Below, piece after piece: positions 50,777 to 60,209 of a stretch of 64,000 bases of DNA (position 1 is its first letter; each line of letters starts with the position of its first letter). The stretch is from an uncultured bacterium (GTDB lineage Bacteria; Babelota; Babeliae; Babelales; Babelaceae), in assembly GCA_963824495.1 (NCBI GenBank), contig CAWGPQ010000014.1, forward strand, positions 79,482 through 143,481. The letters are read 5' to 3'. The notes under the pieces are model-generated. The model searched no databases. It had not been told where the DNA came from and saw only the letters and a list, made by a program, of their open reading frames with translations. The translations under genes were made by a program, and so were the position numbers.

Positions 50777-51531
50777 TTGAGATTAAAGACCTTACCAAAA
50801 AGTTTGATGATCGCTGGATAAGCCAGGGCATTACGCTTTCAATACCTCCTGGGCAAATGACCTGTATTATTGGACGGTCAGGTGAGGGCAAGTCTGTGCT
50901 TCTTAAGCAGATTATGGGGCTTATTAAGCCAACATCAGGATCGATTACTATCGATGGTATAGAGATTACGCAACTTACCGATGAAGAGCTCAAAGATATA
51001 TTTAAAAAATGTGGCTATGTGTTTCAATTTGCAGCACTTCTTGACTCACTAACAGTCTTTGAAAACGTAGGGTTGCCGTTACTTGAGCAGGGCATATCTG
51101 TTCCTGAAGTGCAGGCTATTGTGCAAGAAAAACTAGCACTGGTAAATCTTGGTCCTGATAGCATGTCGCGCTATCCATCTGAGCTTTCAGGTGGTATGCG
51201 TAAGCGAGTAGGCTTAGCACGTACGCTCATTACTGAACCCAAGATCATCTTTTATGACGAGCCAACAACAGGACTTGATCCTGTTACAACGCGTGTTGTT
51301 CACGAGCTCATGTATACCACCCAAAAGAAGCTTAATCTTACTTCAGTAGTAGTATCTCACGATATAGAGATATTTCATTATGCAGATAACGTAGCACTGC
51401 TTCATGAAGGCAAAATTAAATTCTTTGGTGATGCCAAAACGCTTTGGGAATCAAATAACCCGTATATTTATCAGTTTATACGGGGCTTGCCTCAAGGACC
51501 AATTAATTCAGAAGTTACCTCAGCCTTGTGA
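50773..51531 (+). CDS. mlaF: MlaF-family ABC ATP-binding protein
   Basis: GRSGEGKS, PSELSGGMRKRVGLAR, YDEPTTGLDP; overlaps mlaE. Confidence 0.9.
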   Translation: MIEIKDLTKKFDDRWISQGITLSIPPGQMTCIIGRSGEGKSVLLKQIMGLIKPTSGSITIDGIEITQLTDEELKDIFKKCGYVFQFAALLDSLTVFENVGLPLLEQGISVPEVQAIVQEKLALVNLGPDSMSRYPSELSGGMRKRVGLARTLITEPKIIFYDEPTTGLDPVTTRVVHELMYTTQKKLNLTSVVVSHDIEIFHYADNVALLHEGKIKFFGDAKTLWESNNPYIYQFIRGLPQGPINSEVTSAL

Positions 51532-52397
51532 CGAAGTATCAGCGCGCTCATGCTCGTATATGCGATATATACTGAGATTATCGAGAAATTCATCAAGATA
51601 CTGTGCTCTGGCTGGGTTAACCAGTTGAGCCGCATCTCTTTCCTGAGTAATAATATCTACTCTGCCAATTCTTGCCAATTGATAGCAAGCAAAAAGATCG
51701 GCATCTTTAGCTGTCGAATCATAAAAGATTTTTGGAGTAAAGAGTAAATCCTTAGTTACCGATAAGAGAAAAATAGAATATAATGATCCCAGGATCTTGT
51801 GGTACGCATTACCCGTGTTTGTCGGGATAATACCTATTACGCCACCAAATATTCCCTTTACTCCTTTTATAAGCAAGTTTTTAGAATGTTCTTGGTAGGA
51901 CTTGGTATGCTTTTCTGACTGATATACTTTAGCACATGCTCTATAGAGAGCGAAAATTCTTGAATTACATTCAGACTCGGTACAAGAATGAAGCGATTCA
52001 ATAAGTACGTAAATAGTATCAGAATAGACAGCTCCTTCAACGCTATCGCTATTGCCAGACTTGCTTTTTTCAAGAATAATAGCTGGTATGGTAATGCCAC
52101 AATTACGGAGTGCATCTTTTACGATTGCTTGTATTGCCGGGGAATGCCCATGCATATGAGGAAATTGTGCATGAATCTCTTTGATAACGTGCTCACGAAA
52201 GGCATAGATATTTTCGTTCTTAGTTGAGCTTTTTATTTGCACAGGTGCTGGCTTATCTGAGGATAATATCGATTCATCATGATTTGGGTTGCTCAAAGTT
52301 GCATGTTGATCAGGGCTACTGCGATGCTCATGAAGCTTATGAGTGGCAAGAAGAGGGTAGCCAAAAGACTAGCATCAATTTTCATGGCCGCATCCAT
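51520..52397 (-). pseudogene. Degenerate paralog of the M48-like peptidase; lacks HExxH and is frameshifted after its signal peptide
   Basis: Aligns with the 52418 ORF (IESLHS..E.NSRIFA, ADLFAC.QLARIGR.DII); MDAAMKIDASLL signal lies in another frame at 52397. Confidence 0.7.
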
Positions 52398-52417
52398 GCG
52401 GAATATATTCTTAAATG

Positions 52418-53461
52418 CTAGAATGTAGAAGCTTCGGGCTGACTTGAGCTTCTTTTGGGTTGGCACTTGTCCGTGCACTCGTTTCCCGAAGTGCTAAACT
52501 TTTTTAAAAATGCACCGAGGTACTCGGCTCTTTCAGTATAAGATGGGTGATGATCATCAGGTACTTTATAAACATGTATCTCTTCAAGAATAATATCATC
52601 TCTACCAATTCTTGCCAGCTGATTACAAGCAAAAAGGTCGGCCTCTTTTTCATGTACAAGCATCATTGCTCGTATGTATTCAGGGTAGCGACCGTGCATT
52701 TTATCGAATAGGTCAGAGAACACAAATTGACCAGTTTTAATTGCAGCATATACAATAAGTGCTCCTAAACCTAAATTTTCTCCAACCCGAAAAACTGCAC
52801 GAGTTGTGGGTTGCATACGCTCTACTAAGGGGTTATGCGTTTGTGTTTGTTTTGCTAGTGTCCAAGCAATCATTAAGCTTATTGGATTTAGGGCTGATAG
52901 CAAAATAGGTCTGTTTAGAAACGCTATAGCAGATTTTAAAAGAGGCCCATATAATAAATCTTTAATCTGCCTATAATGGTTGTGATATATATGACCACAT
53001 TCATGATAAGCGGCAAAAATCCTTGAATTGTGCTCACGCATGGTATGAGAATGAAGTGATTCAATAACCATAAAAGCATAGTCAGAAAATTGCTTGACGT
53101 AGGCTTCAGTATCGCTAGAATCATTTTTTTCAAGGATAATAACCGGTATGTTAATACAAGAATTACGAAGTGTTTCTTCAGCTATAGCTTGTATTTCGGG
53201 TGAAGGTTCGTATAAGCCCTTGAGTTCTGCATAAAGCTTCTTGACATACTCTCGCGCAACGTCATTATTGGCAATCGTAGTTGATTCTAATATAGCAGGT
53301 ATATCTACTTGTGTAGGCGCCTGTTTATCTAAATTTGATACGTATTCATCAAGTTTTAGGTCATCTAAAGCTGTATGTTGATTAGCACGTATAGTATTGC
53401 TTATAGATGGCAAGAGAAGACTTACTACGAGAGTAGCATTAATTTTCATAGGCGCATCCAT
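52418..53461 (-). CDS. Secreted/membrane M48-like zinc metallopeptidase
   Basis: HECGH, EKEADLFA and HPSYTERAEYL motifs; start likely 53461 or 53449. Confidence 0.75.
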   Translation of the reverse strand: MDAPMKINATLVVSLLLPSISNTIRANQHTALDDLKLDEYVSNLDKQAPTQVDIPAILESTTIANNDVAREYVKKLYAELKGLYEPSPEIQAIAEETLRNSCINIPVIILEKNDSSDTEAYVKQFSDYAFMVIESLHSHTMREHNSRIFAAYHECGHIYHNHYRQIKDLLYGPLLKSAIAFLNRPILLSALNPISLMIAWTLAKQTQTHNPLVERMQPTTRAVFRVGENLGLGALIVYAAIKTGQFVFSDLFDKMHGRYPEYIRAMMLVHEKEADLFACNQLARIGRDDIILEEIHVYKVPDDHHPSYTERAEYLGAFLKKFSTSGNECTDKCQPKRSSSQPEASTF

Positions 53462-53557
53462 TGTCCTAATTCCCACAAAAGATAATCCTTTAAAATTGAA
53501 GCTTCTTTTTAGTGCGAACTAGTAGTACAGGAAAATATCTTTTTACAACTAGCCTAT

Positions 53558-53981
53558 ATGAACGTTACTATCAAATATATAGAATTCTTTTGTTATTAAC
53601 TTTGAGCACAAATTTGGACCAGAAATTAGGTGCATAAAGGAGGGAGTTGAGCTATCAGGCTTCCATCATGATCTTATGGGACTCGTAGAGAAAATTGGCA
53701 TAATAATATTTAGGCATGTTAGAAAAGGAGTACATGGTGTATGGCGCCAATTGGTATTATAATGGCAAAGAAAAATATTCAACATTTTCCCAAAATTATG
53801 GGATAGAGTTAAAGTAATGGAAAAAATTATGGAGGCTTATAATAATCAAGTGTATTGCGGAAGGGGAAAAACCGGCACTTTTGTAGTACGAGGTCTTACA
53901 AGTGAAAACGTGCTGATAGAAATGGTAATTAATTTACTTGGTGAAATGACTTCGGCATATCCGGTAATCGAAAAGCTATGA
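53558..53981 (+). pseudogene. EndoU polymorphic toxin copy D with large internal deletion and frameshifts
   Basis: Upstream region and MNVTIKYIEFF match the toxin start, then jumps to INFEHKFGPEI..SGFHHD..STF..SAYPVIEKL*. Confidence 0.85.
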
Positions 53982-54170
53982 ATTGCAATAAGCTTTACAA
54001 AAAGGTGGTGATTACTACTATTGGGTCATAGAAAGAGTCTGATAAACATTTTATCGCCATAAAATGTTTATCTTAAAAGTATGATTCTAAGTTTTTCAAG
54101 GTAAGCATTGAATACTAATAATTGCCATCTTCAAAAAGAAAAATCAAATAACAGTAACCGAATTATATGA
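53978..54170 (+). pseudogene. Degenerate immunity gene
   Basis: ATGA overlap with copy D; LQKGGDYYYW and SR*ALNTNNCHLQKE fragments. Confidence 0.7.
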
Positions 54171-54187
54171 CTGGGAGCTTGAAAAAT

Positions 54188-54574
54188 ATGAATTATAGGA
54201 TATTAAAAAAATTTGGCAAAAATGATTATTTGCCTGTAGATGATAGAATAAGCATCGTGGATATGTTATGGTTGCTCTTGAATGAACTTCCTCCCTTTTT
54301 TAAGGAGTGGATTTTTGACTCATCTCGGAGAGCATTGAGCACTAATAACTGTTGCCTTCGAAAAGAAGGTGATAAAATAGTCATAAACTTTTTATATTCT
54401 GACGTAGATTGTGAAGACGATACAGATGTAATATCGGTAACGAATCAGCAACTTTGCCATTTAATAGACCAATGGGATAAGCTTTGCGAAGTAGATGTAG
54501 AGAAGATTATTATATGGAGCATAGATGGTGATTTTACTATTTCTGAATATCTTGAGCAAGAGCGATCATTATGA
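54188..54574 (+). CDS. Orphan immunity-family protein (intact)
   Basis: MLWLLLNELPPFFKEW..LSTNNCCLRKEG..QWDKLCE; strongly similar to the 23184 ORF. Confidence 0.78.
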   Translation: MNYRILKKFGKNDYLPVDDRISIVDMLWLLLNELPPFFKEWIFDSSRRALSTNNCCLRKEGDKIVINFLYSDVDCEDDTDVISVTNQQLCHLIDQWDKLCEVDVEKIIIWSIDGDFTISEYLEQERSL

Positions 54575-54605
54575 TATCAGCTTATCCTAAAAGTTACCAA
54601 AAGTT

Positions 54606-54812
54606 ATGAACGGTTATTTGTTATTAAAGAAAATCGATGATGATTATTATTGGCCCATCACTAGAGGGGTGAGTTTACTGCATACCTTATGGACTTTTCT
54701 CAATAGCTTGTCGCGCTGGGTCAAAGTATGAATGACTCAAACCCTAGCCCAAGATCTCTATAACTTGATGATCCAACAGGATAAGCTGTGTCAAGCAGGT
54801 GTCGAAAATTAC
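54606..54812 (+). pseudogene. Degenerate immunity gene with internal deletion
   Basis: MNGYLLLKKIDDDYYWPI..LWTFLNSL then QDLYNLMIQQDKLCQAGVEN in another frame. Confidence 0.65.
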
Positions 54813-54979
54813 ATCTCACCTTATTGACCAGTTACCTCAAATTGCCTACCGCATCCCTACTGAGCCGGAAGCTATCCAGGCCGGGCTCTATAAAAAGCGA
54901 ATTGCCAGTAACGAGTAAGCTTGGTAAACTAAATTTTGTTTGATAGGTACTATATCAGTAGTTAGATGAGAGCGAGAAC

Positions 54980-55972
54980 GTGATGGATATAGCCGGAATA
55001 GAAACAAATCTTACAAGTATTATACACGATGAAAGTGTCAGATTTCAAGAACTGAGCACACAAGTAAGCACCGTAGTTATTGGCCAGCATGAGACAGTCC
55101 AGTTTATTTTAATGGCTATTCTCTGTAATGGTCATATTTTATTAGAGGGTGTGCCCGGTGTTGCCAAGACAACTTTAGTTAAAGGTATTACTAAAGCGCT
55201 TGGGCTCAAGTTTAGGCGCGTACAATTTACGCCTGATTTATTACCTGCCGACCTTATTGGTACACTTATTTATAATCCTAAAACACAAGAATTTGAGACT
55301 AAAAAAGGACCTATTTTTGCTAATTTGATACTTGCTGACGAGATCAACAGAGCTCCTGCTAAAGTTCAAGCGGCATTACTTGAAGCTATGCAAGAGCAAC
55401 AGGTAACTATAGGATCGACAACGTTTAAGCTTGAAGAACCATTTTTAGTATTCGCTACCCAAAATCCTATCGAGCAAGAAGGTACGTATCGTTTGCCTGA
55501 AGCACAGGTTGATCGCTTCATGTTTAAAGTAGTGCTTGATTATCCGTCAATTGCTCAGGAAAAAGAAATTATGCGCATGGATCGTGATCCAGAAGCATTA
55601 CCCTGTGTTGTAACGCAGGATGATATACTTCGTGCTCAAGCATTAGTGCGTAAGATTTATGTTGATGAAAAAATTATCGATTATATTCTTGCCCTGATAT
55701 TTGCAACACGGACACCTGACGTTTATAAGCTTGACGATATTAAGCGCTTTATTACTCTGGGGGTTTCTCCACGGGCGACTCGCTTTATCTATCGAGCAGC
55801 GTGCGCTCGAGCATTTTTAAAAAAGAGGCATTATGTAGTGCCTGATGATGTAAAAGCAGTATGTCCTGCGATTTTACGTCATCGTATAGCACTGAGCTAT
55901 AGCGCAGAGGCAGAAAATATAACAAGCGATATGCTTATTAAAAAGATTCTAGCTACCATTCCAACGCCGTAG
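54980..55972 (+). CDS. moxR: MoxR-family AAA+ ATPase
   Basis: LLEGVPGVAKT, QFTPDLLPAD, DEINRAPAKVQAALLEAM, ATQNPIEQEGTYRLPEAQVDRF. Confidence 0.95.
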   Translation: MMDIAGIETNLTSIIHDESVRFQELSTQVSTVVIGQHETVQFILMAILCNGHILLEGVPGVAKTTLVKGITKALGLKFRRVQFTPDLLPADLIGTLIYNPKTQEFETKKGPIFANLILADEINRAPAKVQAALLEAMQEQQVTIGSTTFKLEEPFLVFATQNPIEQEGTYRLPEAQVDRFMFKVVLDYPSIAQEKEIMRMDRDPEALPCVVTQDDILRAQALVRKIYVDEKIIDYILALIFATRTPDVYKLDDIKRFITLGVSPRATRFIYRAACARAFLKKRHYVVPDDVKAVCPAILRHRIALSYSAEAENITSDMLIKKILATIPTP

Positions 55973-56103
55973 CAGTGTGCAAGCTTGTGCTTGACAAAAT
56001 TATACTTAAACGCGACTATTGTCACTGGAGCTGATGGGCTATTTTGTGAAAAAAGTATATCTGGAATTACTATAGAGCAAGGGAGCGGCACAAAGGAACA
56101 TTA

Positions 56104-57243
56104 ATGAGAAGTCCCTTATGGATTTTAAATAGTATACTAGCGCTTCTTTTTATAGCAACACTTGGTTTTATCTTTTTTAAGCGTGAGAAAGCGCCACAAA
56201 AAATATCGTTGGTGGTAGGTCCAGCCTCTGTTGTTCCTCGCAAAGCACCAGCGGTAGATTTAACGCGTATTTATACCAATGACCTTTTTGGTACATACAT
56301 GGCGCCGGTACCATCACAACCCGTAGTTGAAAAACTGCTGGTGTTACCTCCACCACCACAACCTAAGCCAGCACCAGTACCACAACCGGTTCAGTTGAAT
56401 TTCCTGCCGCCATTAGCTGTTACCCTCAGAGGTATTATAACGTCAAGTAATGAGACAGATAATTTTGCTATTATTGCAAGCAATAAGACTAAGCAAGAGG
56501 CACTGTACAAAGTTGGTGATAGTATTGAAGATGCAGAACTTATACGTATTGCAAAAAATAAAGTTATTCTTATTCGAGCAAATGGCCAACAAGAGACAAT
56601 TTTTGTATCAGCACAGGAAGCCCAAAGCGATCAAATCTTTAATCCCGATATGTCGTGGGTAGGGGTTATTCGCAAATTGTCTGACTTTTCATATGCTATC
56701 GATCCAAAAGCATTTACTGATCATATAACGAGTGCGGCTCAATTTATTGATATGCTTGATATAACGACAGCTTTTAGGGATGGTGCAAGCATTGGATGTC
56801 GTATTGGTCAACTGGCTCCTCAATCGATCGGTTATGCCCTGGGACTTAATCGGGGAGATATTGTAACAACCGTTAATAATGTACCGACAACAACAACGCA
56901 AAATCGTGTAGCAATTTATCAATCTCTTAAAACGCTGAGGTTGGGATCTACTATCACAGTAAAGCTGTTGCGTGCTCAAAAGGAAGTAACACTTTCTTTT
57001 GTTCTTCAGAAAGCGGAAGGGACATCCAACTCTCCATTGATTCAAGCATCTGAGCACGTAAGCAAGCACCAGCAGCCGCCTGCTCTTGCACAACAAACGC
57101 GCGGAGAAGTTCAGCAAGAAACGGCAGCTCTTTTAGAAAAATCCTCGTATATGCGTCCTTTTGTTAACGATATAAAGAAGCAACATCGAAGTGCGATGTT
57201 GAACTATGGGGGGCGTGAAGCACTGTTACAGCGTATGCCATGA
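56104..57243 (+). CDS. gspC: Type II secretion protein C-like (TM, HR domain, PDZ)
   Basis: N-terminal TM, TLRGII..FAII..YKVGDSI HR domain, GLNRGDIVTTVN PDZ; upstream of secretin. Confidence 0.75.
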   Translation: MRSPLWILNSILALLFIATLGFIFFKREKAPQKISLVVGPASVVPRKAPAVDLTRIYTNDLFGTYMAPVPSQPVVEKLLVLPPPPQPKPAPVPQPVQLNFLPPLAVTLRGIITSSNETDNFAIIASNKTKQEALYKVGDSIEDAELIRIAKNKVILIRANGQQETIFVSAQEAQSDQIFNPDMSWVGVIRKLSDFSYAIDPKAFTDHITSAAQFIDMLDITTAFRDGASIGCRIGQLAPQSIGYALGLNRGDIVTTVNNVPTTTTQNRVAIYQSLKTLRLGSTITVKLLRAQKEVTLSFVLQKAEGTSNSPLIQASEHVSKHQQPPALAQQTRGEVQQETAALLEKSSYMRPFVNDIKKQHRSAMLNYGGREALLQRMP

Positions 57244-57267
57244 TAAAACTATGATACCGTAGGCACT

Positions 57268-60192
57268 ATGAACATGAAACATTATCATATCTATTTATAC
57301 GCACTTGTGCTCGGGGGATTATTACATGAAGCCTCTGTACCTGCTGCACAAACTGTTAATTTAGTAGATCAGCTAGATCAGCAAAAAAAAGTTACTGAAC
57401 CACTAAAACCATTAAAGCAGCAAGACCAGGCAGCACCAGCAAGGCCTATAACCCTTGTGCCAAAAACTATGCCAACCCAAAATGTAACACCAGTGTCGCG
57501 ACGTAAAAGGGGACGAGCTCCTCGACGAGGGCGTGTACCTCTTGAGCTAGCAGCGCCTTCCGTACCGCCAAAGATATCTGAAAAGCCGGTTGCTGCTCTT
57601 GAAAAAGCTCAGCCAGCTCAATCTGGCGTGCTCCAGCTTACGCCTGAAGAGGTGGCAGCTGAGTATGCTAGGCGTGAAAAGCTTGCCAGTTCAGCTAGTG
57701 CACAAGCAGCCGTTACTGAGATGGTACCAGAATCTCGTCCCAAAAAGCACTACCCCGCGTATCTGGGCGAGTATTTAGACCCATGGGACTATGGTGACAA
57801 GAAAGAGCACCTTGAGCTTAATTTTGATAACGCTGAATTATCTAACTTTATAAGCTTTATTGAAAAACGTTTTAATCTAACGTTTATTCTTGATGATGCG
57901 ATCAAGCCAACGCCACCTGGTGGTAAGCCTGTTCTTGGTACCAAAATTTCATTTACCACCCATCAGCCCTTAACAAAAAAACAAACGTGGGATATTTTTA
58001 CTGTTTTCTTGACTATGTCAGGGTTAGCTGTTGCCCCTGAGCCAGGACTGCCTCGGACTTATCGTATTACTGCTGCGGATAACAGTAAATCACCGTTGTC
58101 AGTTAATAGGGGTCCACTGCCAACCTTTATTGGTGTTGACCCATCGTTACTTCCTAATGATGATACTAAAATTCGCTATGTTTATTTTGTTGATAGTGCA
58201 AGTCTTAACGTTATTAAGAATGTACTTGATACTATGAAAAGTGCTACGGCACCTAATGTTATTACGTTTGAAGAGTTACGCGCAGTGCTTATAACTGACA
58301 GGGCTTCAAATGTTCTTGCTATGCTTAAGATTATTAGCGAACTTGATAAAGTTAACATGCCCGAGATGCTTGCTGTTATTAAATTAAAGAGAACAGATGC
58401 AGCTGATGTTGCAAAGTTATATAACACGCTTATCAAAGAAGAGGCTGGACAAGGGGGACTGGCAGCACGTTTATTGGGGGCACGTAAGCAGCCAACATCA
58501 ACATATTTTCCAGAAAATTTGCGGGTAATCCCTGAGCCGCGAACTAATTCGCTTATATTATTAGGCACTCGTGATGGGATTAAAAAGGTCGAAGACTTTA
58601 TTGTTAAGCATGTCGATAAAGAGCTTGATATACCTTATTCGCCACTTCATATATATCAACTTGAGTACGTTGATGCTGTATCTATGGCTACCATCTTGAA
58701 TGATGTCGTTCAGTTTGGCAGAGGTTCTCCAGCTGCAACCTATGGCGGTGTACGCGATAGTGATAGGTATTTACGTCCTGATATTTCAATTACAGCTGAG
58801 CCAAACACGAACGTTTTAATTATTAAAGCAAATTATGAAGATTATCTTGATATTTATAGAACACTGAAAGAGCTTGATATTGAGCAGCCACAAGTTATTA
58901 TTAAAGTTTTGATACTTGACGTTACTCTTTCTGATAATCGTCAATTTGGTGTTCAGTTGCGCGATCAGGTATTTGATACAAACGCGATTCCACCGTCAAT
59001 TAACTTTCAGACATCGGGGTTATATGGTTCGACAGGTGTTGTTGAAAATACAGCCGCAGGTTCAACGGGCGCAACACGATTGCTAGGAAATCTTATTGAT
59101 TTGGCATCGGCTGCCGGTGTAGGGTCAACCCTAGTAACACTTGGCTCTGATGCATTCGGTGTATGGGGATTGTTAAATGTACTTGAAAGTTTAGCAAGTG
59201 TTTCAGTTGTTGCTAATCCATTCTTGGTAACAACACACAAAACTCAAGCCACTATATCAGTTGGTGAGACACGACGTGTGCTTTCTGCCACGGTCTTTAG
59301 TGCAACCAATACTGCACAAGCTCTGACGGATCTTTCTGCTCTTCTTAAAGTTACTATTACGCCACAGGTCAGCCCCGATGGTTTTGTTATACTTGACGTT
59401 GCTGTGACAGAAAACCAGTTTAATGGTACTCTTAGCGACCCGCAACAGTCGGGAAATAGAACCGAACGAGCAATACAAAGCAGTGTTATTGTGCGCAATA
59501 AAGAAGTGATAGGTCTGGGTGGTCTAACTATTGATCGCGTTAATGATATAGAAAGTAAAGTACCTATTTTAGGCGATATACCACTTGTAGGATGGCTATT
59601 TAAGAATAAAGCACGACTTGTTACGCGTTCGAGTATTGTTGTTCTTATTTCTCCCGAGATTATCCCAGCACTTGATGATAGACCTATCGAATGCTATACA
59701 AAATATAGGCTTGATGAGATTAATCAAACCCTCTGCGAGACTCATTCTCCATCGGAATACCGTGACCCAATTCATCGATGGTTCTTTCATGACACTACTG
59801 ATCGAGCAACTAGTGAAATTAGTGCCTTTGTTGCCGAAAAGAATAGATATCTTGATCCAAGCATATTTGAACGGGTTATGCCACGACATCCGGGCGAGCC
59901 CGGAGCGCCTGTTCCTATTATTGCTCCTGAGGCTCCAGAGATACCACCTGTTCTAGCTGAGCCGCCTGTTTCTCCTGCTGTTTCTCGTGCTGCTGAATCT
60001 GTTATTGAGCCTGTTATCGAACCTATTGCTGCTTCGCCGGGTGAGTATGTTGTCCCAGGAGCTCCTCTTGATACCCTTGGTATGAATATAAAAGAGCCAC
60101 TTGATGCGCTACCTGTGCCTGCATTTGCTAAGACGCCAAGCTATGGACGCCGAAAGCATCTTGTAGATTTCATTGACAGGCCTGACGCATAA
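57268..60192 (+). CDS. gspD: Type II secretion secretin
   Basis: LNFDNAEL N0, repeated N domains (EPRTNSLI), LDIEQPQVII, KVPILGDIPLVGWLFK; Pro-rich N- and C-terminal extensions. Confidence 0.9.
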   Translation: MNMKHYHIYLYALVLGGLLHEASVPAAQTVNLVDQLDQQKKVTEPLKPLKQQDQAAPARPITLVPKTMPTQNVTPVSRRKRGRAPRRGRVPLELAAPSVPPKISEKPVAALEKAQPAQSGVLQLTPEEVAAEYARREKLASSASAQAAVTEMVPESRPKKHYPAYLGEYLDPWDYGDKKEHLELNFDNAELSNFISFIEKRFNLTFILDDAIKPTPPGGKPVLGTKISFTTHQPLTKKQTWDIFTVFLTMSGLAVAPEPGLPRTYRITAADNSKSPLSVNRGPLPTFIGVDPSLLPNDDTKIRYVYFVDSASLNVIKNVLDTMKSATAPNVITFEELRAVLITDRASNVLAMLKIISELDKVNMPEMLAVIKLKRTDAADVAKLYNTLIKEEAGQGGLAARLLGARKQPTSTYFPENLRVIPEPRTNSLILLGTRDGIKKVEDFIVKHVDKELDIPYSPLHIYQLEYVDAVSMATILNDVVQFGRGSPAATYGGVRDSDRYLRPDISITAEPNTNVLIIKANYEDYLDIYRTLKELDIEQPQVIIKVLILDVTLSDNRQFGVQLRDQVFDTNAIPPSINFQTSGLYGSTGVVENTAAGSTGATRLLGNLIDLASAAGVGSTLVTLGSDAFGVWGLLNVLESLASVSVVANPFLVTTHKTQATISVGETRRVLSATVFSATNTAQALTDLSALLKVTITPQVSPDGFVILDVAVTENQFNGTLSDPQQSGNRTERAIQSSVIVRNKEVIGLGGLTIDRVNDIESKVPILGDIPLVGWLFKNKARLVTRSSIVVLISPEIIPALDDRPIECYTKYRLDEINQTLCETHSPSEYRDPIHRWFFHDTTDRATSEISAFVAEKNRYLDPSIFERVMPRHPGEPGAPVPIIAPEAPEIPPVLAEPPVSPAVSRAAESVIEPVIEPIAASPGEYVVPGAPLDTLGMNIKEPLDALPVPAFAKTPSYGRRKHLVDFIDRPDA

Positions 60193-60209
60193 TCACCGGG
60201 AGTAACTTC

